Numbered from the stretch's first letter, positions 31,405 through 42,915 are shown. The stretch is DNA of 64,000 bases from an uncultured Methanosarcinaceae archaeon (GCA_963721455.1 CAVRJG010000053.1:128001-192000); one strand, 5' to 3'. Notes: generated by a model not told the origin, from the sequence alone. Program-made: numbers and translations.

Positions 31405-31884
31405 ATAAAAAACAATTACAATAAAAAACAATTATAATAAAAAAACAATTATAATAAAAAAACAATTACAATAAAAAACAATTACAATAAAAAACAATTA
31501 CAATAAAAAACAATTATAATAAAAAAACAATTACAATAAAAAACAATTACAATAAAAAACAATTACAATAAAAAACAATTATAATAAAAAAACAATTACA
31601 ATAAAAAACAATTACAATAAAAAACAATTACAATAAAAAACAATTATAATAAAAAAACAATTGCAGTATAACGTATTTGCTCGTGTTCCTTTGTTCATTT
31701 TTGAAGACTAATTATAATGACTCTGTAGAAATTCTCTCTGAACTTGTTTTCACTAGGCTCAATTTGAACCTAGAAACTTGACGCTACAAGCCCATTTCAA
31801 AATACCTGTTATATTACAGTACTCAAAAATTTGACTTTGAATTAATAGAAAGATTGGCACGCTACTCAGTTATCAAATTCAAAA

Positions 31885-32280
31885 TCAAGGGATGCTCATT
31901 TTGTAGTCAAAATCTGCATCATATTTTGTGTAGTCAGAAGTAAGCTCTTCGCCTTGTTGTATATCTCTTGCAGCGAAAGTTATTCCTTCGTTCTCTTCTT
32001 CGGGAGATTCATCTATGCAATTAGGATTATCGGAGTGATTAAAAAAACGAGCATCATCAAGACATAGAATATATTTATTTGTATCCGAATTAAGATATGC
32101 GTATTTCAAAAAACATTCTTTCGTTATCTCCGGCAGTTTAGCAAGTTCATTTTTATCAATTTTAATATCAAATCCAGAGTGAAATTTCCATATTATAGTT
32201 CCTTTTGGAATAAATTGATTAGCGAAAAGACCAATACCATTTATCTTACTTGGCCCTATTTTTGTTTTTATTAACAGCAT
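31885..32280 (-). CDS. SET-domain protein (lysine methyltransferase family)
   Basis: GIGLFA, RFFNHSDNPNC, AARDIQQGEELTSDY. Confidence 0.92.
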   Translation of the reverse strand: MLLIKTKIGPSKINGIGLFANQFIPKGTIIWKFHSGFDIKIDKNELAKLPEITKECFLKYAYLNSDTNKYILCLDDARFFNHSDNPNCIDESPEEENEGITFAARDIQQGEELTSDYTKYDADFDYKMSIP

Positions 32281-32356
32281 AAAGAAAGGTGGGAATTAAA
32301 ATATTTGAGTATTTCGATAATAATGGTAGTATTTATAAAAACCAAACAATATTTCT

Positions 32357-32534
32357 GGCTCTTCGCTGTTTCGAGTGGGTAATTTACATCAATTTCTAAC
32401 TATGGAATTAGCATGCATAAAATTTAAAAACGTTTGTTGTTGAAAATCACAGTCAAGCTCGATGTTTTTCATTTTGGCCGGACAATTGTCTAACTAAGCA
32501 ATTATTTTCAACCCATACAAAACAGCGAAGAACC
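32357..32534. mobile_element. MITE family A (178 bp), inverted relative to 11012
   Basis: GGCTCTTCGCTGTTT...AAACAGCGAAGAACC; interior is the reverse complement of 11012-11189 with few changes. Confidence 0.9.
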
Positions 32535-32914
32535 AAAAAGTAAATCTGGTTATTGACGCAAGCAGGGTTTAACCCCATATAAAGTTAAATTGTGTATAAA
32601 ATAGAAAAAACAAAAGTAAAGGGAAAAGATTAAAAAAATAAAAATGGAGGTTATAATCAAATATGGAGCCCGTTTTTAAAGGCCTGGAAGACAGGCAAAA
32701 AACAACAGATTAAAGCAATGGAGATCAACTAAATTTGCTTTAGCAATTAAATATTGTACCCTGGATTATATAAAAGTATCTATTTTCCCCCATATAAAAT
32801 AACTTTTTGAAGATGGGTTTAGAAATGCAGATTATAAAAAAAATAAATGGAACTTGTAAAGAAAAATGTACTCAATTACCTGGAAACTCAAAATCGATTG
32901 TAAAAAAGACCAGA

Positions 32915-33418
32915 TCAATTGTTGAAAAAGGCTGTCAGGTAAGCAAGTACAAAATAACGCCCGAATTTCCCAAGAAAAACCAGAACCGAAAAAGATCTGA
33001 AAGGAAGCTGCATAAGTCCTGCAACCATTGTAATTGCGTCTCCGATCCCTGGTACCCAGGTGAAAAGAAGGGTATAAACCCCGTATTTTTTAAAAAGCCT
33101 TTCACTTTTCTCAAGCTTTTCATGGGAAGGAGAGAGGTATTTCTCAAGCACCGGCCGCCCTTTTAGTCCAAGATAATAAGTTGTACAGGACCCGAGATAA
33201 TTACCTGAGGTCGCCACCATAACAACAGCAAAAGGATTAAAACCCTGGTAGATGAGAGCGACTACCAGCGCTTCGGACCCGAAAGGCAGGACCGTGGAAG
33301 CCAGAAAACTCAGGACAAAGAGGTTCAGGTAACCGTAATTAACAATAAAATAACCCAAAAATTCAAGCATTGTATTCATACCATCGTAATTCAGTATTTT
33401 AAGCTGCATCTCAGGCAT
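32915..33418 (-). CDS. YqaA/DedA (VTT-domain) membrane protein; start may be a few codons downstream
   Basis: FLASTVLPFGSE, GNYLGS, WVPGIGD, GKFGRY motifs. Confidence 0.88.
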   Translation of the reverse strand: MPEMQLKILNYDGMNTMLEFLGYFIVNYGYLNLFVLSFLASTVLPFGSEALVVALIYQGFNPFAVVMVATSGNYLGSCTTYYLGLKGRPVLEKYLSPSHEKLEKSERLFKKYGVYTLLFTWVPGIGDAITMVAGLMQLPFRSFSVLVFLGKFGRYFVLAYLTAFFNN

Positions 33419-33816
33419 TAATTGCCCGGAATTTACGCTTAATTCGTTCTTTACATTCCTGCCAGCTTTACTTTTAATTAACTCTTTTTACATTCCTGCC
33501 CACTATCGTATTTATATTATTTCATTCCTGAGTTAGATGAGCGTGAAAAATGTAAAATTTTACACATAAGCATATAGTTTCCGTGAAATGTTTCTGAAGA
33601 ATAAGATCAGAGCGATCTTAGCTACAAATTCTTGTTAAAGCAAAAAAGGAATCCGATTAAAAAAGGAATCCGATTAAGAAATAAGAGAAAAAAGATTTGA
33701 GAGCCGGAAATCAGGATTGGGATTTCCGGTTCCTGCCACGGCAGAAATACTAAAATCGGGTTCACGTTTTAGTATAAACATTATACAGCTTTCAGTACGA
33801 AAGCCAGAAGTTTCGG

Positions 33817-36402
33817 TTAGTTCCTCCTTTTCCGGAGAACGACAAACGCTGTGGCAAGTATTCCAAGAGTTGCCATCCCGCTGAAGAAAGGAGCTTTTTT
33901 CGTCACCTCATAATTTTTGCTCAGGCCTCCTACCTCAATTTTGTATGTTCCTGCTTTATTTTCAGTATGGGAGAATTCGACCAGCGTACTCTCACCCGTA
34001 TTCAGGCTTATGTTCTTTGAATCAACTGATTCGTTATTAACCAGCAGTTCCACTTTCGATTCTCCTGCAACGTTTCCGCTATTCGTAGCGTCTACCCTGA
34101 CATTTACTGCGGTTCCGGCTTCAACTGAAGCAGGCTGTATCGTGAGGTTCGAGAATGTGAACTGTGCTACCTTTTCAGCCACCTCGATCAGGGTTTTCCC
34201 TTCTTCATAACCTGTTTTTGTAGCATTTACCATATACGTCCCCGGAGCAGTAACCCAGTAAGATGTGATGCCTTCTGCGCTGGTCTGTTGATCAATCTTC
34301 TTTCCGCCGAAAAAGACATCCGCTCCGGAAACAGACTCATTGTTCACGGAGTCAGTAACCTTTATTTTTATCTGGTCTCCTTCCCGGATGGTTTTCGGAG
34401 AGACTGAAAGCTGAAGTTTCAGGACACCCTGTTTTACGACATCAACTTTTTTACTTCCTGAGACGTAACCTGCCTTGCTTGCAGATACAGTAAAGCTTCC
34501 TTCCCTGCCAGGTGTGTAGGTGAGGTTCCCGCCGTCTCCGGTGGTCCCTATGCTCTCATTTCCAAAGGAGACTTCAACGTCCCCGACTGAAACATTTCTC
34601 GCCTTAACCAGGATTTCGGTCTGCTTCCCGGCTACAAGGACATCGGGCATTTCGATATCCAGCTGATCGCCTTTACTGGTTTCGATTTCAACGAAGGGAT
34701 AAAAGCGCAGCACTGAAGCATCGGCTACCCTGAATTTGACTTTGCCCATCAGGTCAACAACGTCACCTTTTGAAAGGGAGATTGAGTCCGTATTTTTCAT
34801 TGTGAGTCCTGAACTGGAAATCGAGCTTATCTCCATTTCACCAAAGGAGTCGCCCTGAGAAACTTTCAGGTAATCTTCCGAAATCTGGAAAATCCCCTCT
34901 ATAAACACGGCATCAGTTTCCCGGGAACGGAAGACAGTACTTACATGGACTGCAATCGCCGGGACAGCTTCAGCCCCCCCGATATCTGTTTCGTAGATAT
35001 AGTCCCCGTTCTGGGGAATTATTCCAGAATCGAGCAGCTTCCCATCCTTATAAAGCTCGAAGAGCACCCTCTCCCCGTTAACATCGACCTCTGCTGCCTT
35101 AAGGGAATAGCCGTTTTCGAGAGCTACGGAAGAGCCTGTAAACAGGGACTTTTTGTTATCGTCGTCAATAAGAACTTTTGAAAGAATGTTATCCGAAAGC
35201 ACACTTATACTTTTTGAGTTCCCAAAAGTGTTTTCAGGATATCCTGCAAAATATTTCTCTGCCATGAAGCCGAGAACTTCATACTTCCCCCAGCCATTAT
35301 GCTCAAATTCAACAAGTGCAGGTTTTGTGGAATAAACGAGCATTTTGTCATCAATAGTCCTGTCATTGAGCTTTTCAATGGCAAGGCTTTCAGTGAAGAC
35401 ATTTTCGTCGATGTTGTAATAGAAACCTTCGAAGTTGAAAGGTGTCCAGACAGAAGTATTAAACTTTTCATCATGGACAGTTCCCCTTAACTCATAGATT
35501 CCGGGTTCTGAGGTCTCGACTATCGGGGCAAAGCGAAGTTCGCTTGCATCAGCCACAATAAAACTGAGTTTACCCATGATATCGACCGTGTCGCCCCTGC
35601 CAAGAGAGATGGAATCGCTATTTCTCATCCTTATGCCTGAGCTTGAAATGGAACTTACTTCCATTTCTCCAAATTCGTCTCCATTTTTAATTTCCAGGTA
35701 CTTATCCGAAATCTGGAAAATCCCTTCCACAAAAACGGCGTTGGTCTCTCTGCCACTGAAGATCTGGGCGAAATGGACTGCAATTATGGGCACATCTTCT
35801 GCACTCCCGAGTCCGGTTTTATACACATAATCGCTGTTAGAAGACAGGAAAGCATCATCTACTATATTGCCGTCCTTTTTAAGCTGCACCCAGACGGTAT
35901 TTCCGTTAATATCAACTTCAACGATATTCAGGGAATATCCTTCTTCAAGAATGAGGGACGAACCCGTGTACAGGGATTTCTTTTCGTCGGTATCTGTCAA
36001 CACCTTTGAAAGCTGCCCCTCAGAAATAACGCTGATATTTTTATTTGCAAATCCGGAGTTTCCCGTATACCCTGCAAAGTAGCGCTCTGCCATAAACCCT
36101 ATAATCTGGTATGAACCCCAATCGCCGCGTTCAAAATCGGTTTGTATGGGTTTTGTTTCATACTGCAGGTTCTTCTCTTCAATTGTCCGGCTGCCCGCAG
36201 TAAGCTGAACTTTCATGTTCTCTGAGCCTTCTCCGGTATCCAGATCATAATAAAAGCCCGAATACGTTTGAGGCGTCCAGATGTAAGTAAAGTTCTGGTT
36301 TGCATTTTCATCCCAGATGCGGTTGCCTGTTGAATTTGAAGCCTGGGCTGCCGCAGTTACGCAAAGCAAACCGAGCACAATAAATAGAGATAAAATCTTC
36401 AT
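33817..36402 (-). CDS. S-layer protein with tandem Methanosarcina S-layer (DUF1608-type) domains, CARDB-like domain and C-terminal anchor
   Basis: Signal peptide; duplicated WTP..(Y/F).GFYY.(L/I)D and GFMAE.YFAGY blocks; ends APFF-TM-RKRRN like an archaeosortase sorting signal. Confidence 0.88.
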   Translation of the reverse strand: MKILSLFIVLGLLCVTAAAQASNSTGNRIWDENANQNFTYIWTPQTYSGFYYDLDTGEGSENMKVQLTAGSRTIEEKNLQYETKPIQTDFERGDWGSYQIIGFMAERYFAGYTGNSGFANKNISVISEGQLSKVLTDTDEKKSLYTGSSLILEEGYSLNIVEVDINGNTVWVQLKKDGNIVDDAFLSSNSDYVYKTGLGSAEDVPIIAVHFAQIFSGRETNAVFVEGIFQISDKYLEIKNGDEFGEMEVSSISSSGIRMRNSDSISLGRGDTVDIMGKLSFIVADASELRFAPIVETSEPGIYELRGTVHDEKFNTSVWTPFNFEGFYYNIDENVFTESLAIEKLNDRTIDDKMLVYSTKPALVEFEHNGWGKYEVLGFMAEKYFAGYPENTFGNSKSISVLSDNILSKVLIDDDNKKSLFTGSSVALENGYSLKAAEVDVNGERVLFELYKDGKLLDSGIIPQNGDYIYETDIGGAEAVPAIAVHVSTVFRSRETDAVFIEGIFQISEDYLKVSQGDSFGEMEISSISSSGLTMKNTDSISLSKGDVVDLMGKVKFRVADASVLRFYPFVEIETSKGDQLDIEMPDVLVAGKQTEILVKARNVSVGDVEVSFGNESIGTTGDGGNLTYTPGREGSFTVSASKAGYVSGSKKVDVVKQGVLKLQLSVSPKTIREGDQIKIKVTDSVNNESVSGADVFFGGKKIDQQTSAEGITSYWVTAPGTYMVNATKTGYEEGKTLIEVAEKVAQFTFSNLTIQPASVEAGTAVNVRVDATNSGNVAGESKVELLVNNESVDSKNISLNTGESTLVEFSHTENKAGTYKIEVGGLSKNYEVTKKAPFFSGMATLGILATAFVVLRKRRN

Positions 36403-37008
36403 GTAACTTTTAATCCCCAAATTAAACCTCCTTTTAAACTTTATGACGCGGGAGTGCAATCTTCAGGCTTCCGAAAAGAAAAATAGAAACAAAAATAGTT
36501 TCCCGAACATCCGAAATATGTCCTGAACCCGAATACCCCCGTTTACCTGCAGATATTAAAGGTATTCAACTATATTCGTTTTCTAATATCTCAGGCATCA
36601 AATAAAAAATTTTTGGATATTGAATAAAAAAGTTTTCCGGGTGATTCCGGGAATAGAGAAATTAAAAACAGTGAAAAAGGAATTATATACCTTAAAAACT
36701 GAAAAAAGGCTTTTAGAAGCTTTTTGTAGAACATAAACCGATGAACATGTAGCGGTTGTCAGGATGACAATCCAGTACAACCAGACAAACATTTTTATCA
36801 CAACCGGCTTTTGGTAGATTTGAGATAAAGGTCGGAAATAAATTTACGGAAAACTCCTTTTCCTTGATAGGCATACTTGAGACCCACAAATTATAAGTTT
36901 GAAGAGACAACTTCTGACGTTTATAACCAGGAATACTAACTGGAATTACCAAGAATTACCGTAATCGAGATCTATTCTGCAGAGTAAAAATATGGAGCAG
37001 CCCCTGGC

Positions 37009-38373
37009 ATGGAAACGTATACAGGCATTCCCGAAGATTTAAAGCTTGAAGTCCTTGAGAGAATAAAACCCACTGAACCCGAAAGAGAAAAACTCCTGGA
37101 GATTCAGGAAGAACTCGCCTCAGAGGTAAAAGCAGCAGCAGAAAAACTTGGCGTATCAGGCGTGCTTGTAAAAATGGTAGGTTCCGCTGCCAGAGGCACC
37201 TGGCTTTCAGGCACCCACGACATTGACACCTTTATAAGCTTCCCGGAAGAGACGCCCAGAAAGGAACTGGAAACCCTGGGCATGGCAATTGCCAGGGAAG
37301 TGGCAAGGCTTGCGGAACATGCCGAAGACCGCCATGCTGAACACCCCTACCTCAATATTGTATTCAAAGGCTTTGACGTGGACCTTGTCCCGTGTTTCAG
37401 GGTTGCTTCAGCTTCACATATCAAATCCGCAGTTGACAGGACCCCGTTTCACAACGATTTTGTCAAACCCCGCATAAAAGGGTGCGAAGATGAGGTACTG
37501 CTTCTGAAGCAGTTTATGCGCGGATGCGGAGTCTACGGCTCGGAATTGAGGACTCAGGGCTTTTCAGGCTACCTGACCGAACTCCTGATTATTCACTACG
37601 GTTCCTTCGAAAAGACAGTCCGTGCAGCCCGCTCCTGGAAGCCTGGAGAGAAAATAGATATTATGCAGCATTCGGAAATAGAGCACGAAGAGCCCCTGGT
37701 CACGGTGGACCCGACCGATCCCAGGCGGAACGTTGCAGCAGCCCTTTCCCTTGACAAATTCTGCATGTTTATAGACCACTGCCGGGAATTTCTGAAAAGC
37801 CCGGAACTCAGATTCTTTTTCCCTGCATCCCTCCTGCCCCTCCGGGACAGAGAAATCCTGGAAAAGCTTGAAAGCAGAAAAAGCGCACAGTTTGCAATCG
37901 TCTTCAAAACCCCGGATGTAGTCGAAGATGTGCTCTACCCGCAGCTGTATAAGATGGAGCAGGCGGTAGCTGCCCTTTTAAGTGAATATAATTTTTCGGT
38001 GATTAAAACCGGGGTCTGGTCAGGGAAAATCGAGACCGTAATTATGCTGGAACTGATCTCAGGTACCCTTCCCAACGTCAAAAAACATATTGGCCCCCCT
38101 GTCTGGGTCAGGACACATGCCGAGAAGTTCAAGGAGAAATATGAAGGGGCAGACGGCGTTTTCGGAGGTTATATCGAAAACGGAAAATATGTCTTTGAAA
38201 TCAGGCGCAAATATCCCACCGCAAAAGGGCTTCTCGAAAACCAGCTTATGAGCTGCTCCCTTGGAAAACAAGTACATCAGAGCGTGAATGAGGGCTTTGA
38301 GCTTATAGAAAATGCCGGGATTTGCAGGTTAAAAGATCCTGATTTCAGGGTTTTCTTGAGGAAATGGATGTAA
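37009..38373 (+). CDS. cca: Archaeal CCA-adding tRNA nucleotidyltransferase
   Basis: VGSAARGTWLSGTHDID, AEHPY, SAVDRTPFH, GFSGYLTELL, DPTDPRRNVAAA. Confidence 0.96.
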   Translation: METYTGIPEDLKLEVLERIKPTEPEREKLLEIQEELASEVKAAAEKLGVSGVLVKMVGSAARGTWLSGTHDIDTFISFPEETPRKELETLGMAIAREVARLAEHAEDRHAEHPYLNIVFKGFDVDLVPCFRVASASHIKSAVDRTPFHNDFVKPRIKGCEDEVLLLKQFMRGCGVYGSELRTQGFSGYLTELLIIHYGSFEKTVRAARSWKPGEKIDIMQHSEIEHEEPLVTVDPTDPRRNVAAALSLDKFCMFIDHCREFLKSPELRFFFPASLLPLRDREILEKLESRKSAQFAIVFKTPDVVEDVLYPQLYKMEQAVAALLSEYNFSVIKTGVWSGKIETVIMLELISGTLPNVKKHIGPPVWVRTHAEKFKEKYEGADGVFGGYIENGKYVFEIRRKYPTAKGLLENQLMSCSLGKQVHQSVNEGFELIENAGICRLKDPDFRVFLRKWM

Positions 38374-38629
38374 GAGAGATTACTGTAGAATAAGCTCATT
38401 CACCTCATATGAACCTGTTTTTTAATTTTAGCTGTGTATAAAGATTAAAACGTACACAGCGCAGAAATTTGGACTTATAACTTTTCGCTGGATCGTTCAG
38501 AGATAGACCCCGATAAGATAGTTCATGAAAATGGTAGGTGTATTGCCTTACGAATAAGTGAGTGAGAACAATGTGTCCAACACGGCACGCCGGAATCTTT
38601 GTATGCGGGGTAGGGTTTGAGGTCGTGGA

Positions 38630-39500
38630 TCATGTATCCACCTCCGCATCCTGAATGGACTTTAGCGTACGTCCGTCAGCGGTTTTCCACTCGGTACGGC
38701 CGTTTGCCGCTCTTCCGAGAACCACGCCAGCTGCCGTCGAAGGGGAATTAAAGGTATAGTCCTGTGTCATTTCATAGTAATGGCCGTTGTCAACAAAGAC
38801 ACCCTGCTCAACCAGTGAACGGCGCATGTCACTCAGGTAGGCATGAATTGATTTTGTTTCACTTTTAACTGCTTGCGAACCTGTTCGCACGACAAAACCT
38901 GTGGTTGCCTCGTACCCTTTGCTCTTTATACCCTTGGCGTTCAATGTGAATTCGAGAGTGGTTTGTGTGGGTGCAGGGGCTGCTTCAAAAAATCCATATC
39001 CCAGCACTGGCAAGGCAGAGCAGGATATCTGCAAGAAAACCTTCAGCTTCAGCTATATCTGCTTCTGACAGGGAAGGCGGTTGTGGAGTGTTGGCATTGT
39101 CGAGCACACATCTTTTTGCAGTTTTTGCCAGGTCGATAAGTCGGTATTCAAGAAACTGGATGTGAGCCTTATTCAGGTTTTGATCCTTGCTTGTGAAACC
39201 AGCTGCCTGAGTCCAGAAATCTTTATTTTTCGCGTGCTGATCCAGCCTCGGGCCAATTGGATCGCCTTCTCCCACATACACGCGGGGAAGCTGAGACTTT
39301 TCATCTGGTCCGACCAGAATATACACCCCCGTACTTCCCAGCTCAGCACGTGAACGGGTCTCAGCAAATAGTGATCTTGGAATCACAAGCCCTCTGCCAG
39401 TCCAGTTAGACTTCTCCACAGTCTTGACGCCGTCCGGATCTCCGCCTGGGAGAAATAGGCGCACCGAGAAGGCCCTGGGTCTTTCCCTGTTATTGATCAT
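38630..39500 (-). pseudogene. GIY-YIG nuclease / DUF4357 protein, frameshifted (~39012)
   Basis: GVYILVG...VYVGEG..RL.QH in the first ORF; FNSPSTAAGVVLGRAANGRTEWK in the second; joined by a +1 shift. Confidence 0.8.
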
Positions 39501-40550
39501 CGTATGTCCTCCAGCCTGGCCCGTGCGGTCTTGATGGCGCGGTGCAGCCTTTCAGCCAGCAGTTCGCGGGGCGGCAGTTCTGTCAGATATTCAGCCACAT
39601 GGATTCCTGAACGGTTCAGTTCCAGTAGCTCGATTTGTTCCTGTTTCTTTCCGGCGCAGAGGATGATCCCGAGAGGAGATTCTTCCCCTGGCTGTCTCTC
39701 ATATTTGTCCAGCCAGCGCAGATAGAGCTCCATCTGGCCTTTGTATTCGGCCTTGAAATTTCCAAGCTTCAGATCGATAGCAATCAGCCTGTGCAGGGAG
39801 CGGTGATCGAAAAGAAGGTCAATATAAAAATCGTCATCATCAATCTGGATGCGCCGCTGTCTGGCTACAAAGGCAAATCCTGCACCAAGTTCCAGCAAAA
39901 AAGCTTCCAGTTCGCGCAGAATGGCGTCTTCCAGATCCTTTTCCAGATAACGGTCTTTCAAGCCAAGGAAATCGAGGACGTAGGGATCGCGGAAAACCAG
40001 TTCCGGACTCAATCTGTCCTGCTCGCGCAGGGTGGCAAGTTCGTGTTGAATTACCTCTTCCGGCTTACGAGAAATGGCTGTCCTCTCATACAGCATAGAA
40101 TCAATGCGTTCTTGAAGTATACGGGTGCTCCAGCGTTCGATTCGGCACATCTCGGTATAGAACTCGCGTTTGAGCGGATCTTCGATAGGGATAAGCACCC
40201 TGAAATGAGTCCAGCTTAATTGTCGCCGCACTGAGGCGACAATTTTCTCATCCGGGAAAGCCTCTGCGAACTGAATCATCCGGCGCAGGTTTTTCCTCGA
40301 AACCCCTACCAAACTCTTTTGCCAATTCTCGCCCCAGCGAGGCGACAATTTCCTGCCCATATTCTGCCCTTTCTCCTCTCAGAATTTCTTCATGGATGCG
40401 CTTACCAATATTCCAGTAGAGCATCGTCAGCCCGGCGTTAAAGGCAGTCGCCACCGCCGAACGAGTTTCTTCGATCATTTGACGAACATCGTTCACCAGC
40501 AGAGAGCTATTTAAAGCCTGCCCAATTTCCTGCTTGTCCTTGCGGATCAT
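39497..40550 (-). pseudogene. YhcG/DUF1016 PD-(D/E)XK nuclease-domain protein, frameshifted in an A-run (~40292)
   Basis: YWNIGKRI...RAEYG in the first ORF; LSWTHF, RDPYVLDFL, IDLLF and GQMELYL in the second. Confidence 0.85.
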
Positions 40551-41161
40551 TGCTCTGTCCCTCCAGAGCAGCATACCTGCATCAGTTCCGCACCAAACCG
40601 CCAGTGGTCTCGCGTATTGTCTTGGTTAAGAGCTATTGCCGCAACGCCAATCTTTTCGAGTGCCGAAACTTTGCTCAAGTGCTTTGAGATCTTCTTGCCA
40701 TGAACAACTAAGACAAGAATCCGTTTCCAATTTTCAAGTTCACCATTGCTAGCTGCCACTACGATTTGGCCAACGGCTTTGTAAAGCTTCTGTTCCGGTT
40801 GGCAAGAAGATTCCCCTTCTACTTCAGCGATAATGTAGAGCCTTTTTTCTGAGTTGAATGCTACAATATCACGATCACCTTCAATTATCGGAAAATTATG
40901 TGAATAATACCAGTTTTCTCGACTGCCACCTATGGTCACACCAAGTTTCATGAATTCCTTTCGTACACTTGAAGCGTCCTCTACCATCTGGTGCTGGCGT
41001 TCCTGGGCCTCTGGATTTACGCGATTTCCTCCAGTGCGGCCTTCTTCTGATGGGTCAATATCCACAAAAACCGTCCACCCTTTATCAGGGGAGCAGTAGC
41101 GACGTATAAACTCAAGCTTGACCCTGGGCTGAAACATCACAAACGACTCCTGGTTAACCAT
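40547..41161 (-). CDS. Hypothetical protein with PD-(D/E)XK-like motif
   Basis: DRDIVAF...IIAEVEG...LYKAVGQ; stop overlaps the next start (ATGA). Confidence 0.65.
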   Translation of the reverse strand: MVNQESFVMFQPRVKLEFIRRYCSPDKGWTVFVDIDPSEEGRTGGNRVNPEAQERQHQMVEDASSVRKEFMKLGVTIGGSRENWYYSHNFPIIEGDRDIVAFNSEKRLYIIAEVEGESSCQPEQKLYKAVGQIVVAASNGELENWKRILVLVVHGKKISKHLSKVSALEKIGVAAIALNQDNTRDHWRFGAELMQVCCSGGTEQ

Positions 41162-41343
41162 TCGTTTTCTTCAATGGAGGATATAGTGAAATGGTAGATA
41201 CTCATGTTTTAGCCTCAATTTTTCCAGAATCTGTTTCACATCTTTTTCCCGTTAATCGGTTTAAATGAAATACCAAACCTTCTCCATAATTTTGAGGTAC
41301 TTCCCCGCTGAATCCATAACTACCGCTCACTTCCTTATTTTCA

Positions 41344-41805
41344 TTAAAAGCAGATGATTGAGGGGTCAAGAAACTTTTCGATTAGCTTACCGATCGCGTC
41401 GGCCTTGGAAAGACGTGGGATCTGGTTTCGGAATTCAAAATTGTCAAGAATATCCTGGACATTAGGGGAAAAGCCGTCGAGATAAGCTTCGAAGTCGGCT
41501 TTGAGCTGCTGCTGACTTGAACGGGAACGCAGGTCTCGTAGGGTGAACTTGGAAGTGTTATAGAAAGCCTGACCTGCAGCCTCGCGTAAAGCCTGATCCT
41601 GGTTTGTTATGTCTGCCCTGTCGAGAGTTGTCTTCATATCGAGAACAGCCTGTTTTGTAGGTTCAAGTACTACGTCCAATCGTCTCAGGACAGTCATCGG
41701 CAGGATTACGTCACGGTACTTGCCACGAACGTAGAGGTCGCGGAGTATGTCGTCTGCGATTCCCCAGATGAAGTTAATGATCCAGTTTAAGTTATTTTCA
41801 CTCAT
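41344..41805 (-). pseudogene. hsdM: Truncated type I R-M methyltransferase subunit (N-terminal domain only)
   Basis: NFIWGIADDILRDLY.RGKYRDVILPMTVLRRLD; stops at 153 aa, before the methylase domain. Confidence 0.88.
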
Positions 41806-42071
41806 TTTGTAGCCTTGAAGTGTATGCTCAATCTATATTTTCAATGAGAATTTAGTTTAACCTTTGATCTTACTGTTTGAGGATTTCTATTCAGGTATAT
41901 CTAATAACCGTTTTAACTCTTGCTTTATTTTGCTGGTCGTATCCCATTAACTGGCTGAGATTTCGTCTTTGAATACTCTTACTCAGATGTGTCTGCTTTC
42001 TAAGATTACCTGTGTACACGAAATTGAAGCGTATACTAAGGAAGAACTTAAAAAATCACTAAAAACAGAAA

Positions 42072-42915
42072 TTAATAAAGAGGAACAAAACCTTCAATCC
42101 TTTTCTGATAAAACAGATACTCCTGGGCATACCCGCAATAGGGCCCGAAATATTCCCTTCCCCAGTCTCCCATACAGCTCATGTTTGTGCAGGTTTCAAA
42201 GTAACTGTCATCTATGTGGTAATGCTGGATGATCTGCCTGATGTGGGTATCTACGGGAAAGGCTTCCATTTTCTCGAAAGCGAAAAGGAGAACGCAGTCA
42301 GCAACTTTTTCCCCTATGCCGCGAATCCTCATGAGGCGTTCCCTGGCATACCTGTATTCCAGGCGGAAAAGGACGTCAAGAGCCAGCTCTCCTGAAGCCA
42401 CTTCTCTGGCTGCTTCTTTTATGCGTTCGGTTCTGAAGCCCATCTTGCATTTATCAAGCATTGGAAGGTCGGCATTTGCAAGGGTTTCAGGGTCCGGGAA
42501 ACTGAAATATCCTTCTTCGAGTTCCTGCCCGAAAATCTGGCTGAGAAGGTAGATCCTTTTCTGGATCGTAGGGATGCTTGAAGCCGTTGCGAGCATATAA
42601 GAAATCAGGCATTCCCAGGGGTCCTGCCTTATCAACCGCAAGCCCCTGTATTTACTGATCGCCCTGTCTATCAGAAGGTCCCTGTTTATGCTTTCATAGA
42701 TTGAAGGCAGGTCGTCGTCCAGGCGGAAATAACGAGAAAAAAACTCAGGCAGGAAGTTTCGAATCTATCATTAATTCTCCGCTGTCCTGCGAGAGCCGGA
42801 TAACCTGGTCTCCGACAACTCCTGTCCACCAGTCTCCATCTTTTGCCCAGCGGAATACCTGCCCGCAGTCGAGAGTATAATTAAGGTCAAAAAGTTCGGG
42901 TTTAAGCCTGTACAT
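42072..42915 (-). pseudogene. ogg: 8-oxoguanine DNA glycosylase, frameshifted (~42752)
   Basis: Upstream frame MYRLKPELFDLNYTLDCGQVFRW; downstream QDPWECLISY, GIGEKVADC, AFPVDTHI; one extra base separates them. Confidence 0.85.

Larger units (their letters stand above)
30760..31665. repeat. 16/17-bp AT-rich minisatellite, about 17 units, interrupted by the IS200-type element
   Basis: Units CAATTACAATAAAAAA and CAATTATAATAAAAAAA; two units start left of the IS and 15 lie at ~31413-31657. Confidence 0.95.

Noticed and set aside
31405-31665. Possible CRISPR array
   Set aside because: Units are directly adjacent with no unique spacers, and no cas genes are present
32807-33166. 119-aa plus-strand ORF
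   Set aside because: TTG start, antisense overlap with the YqaA-family gene, low-complexity composition
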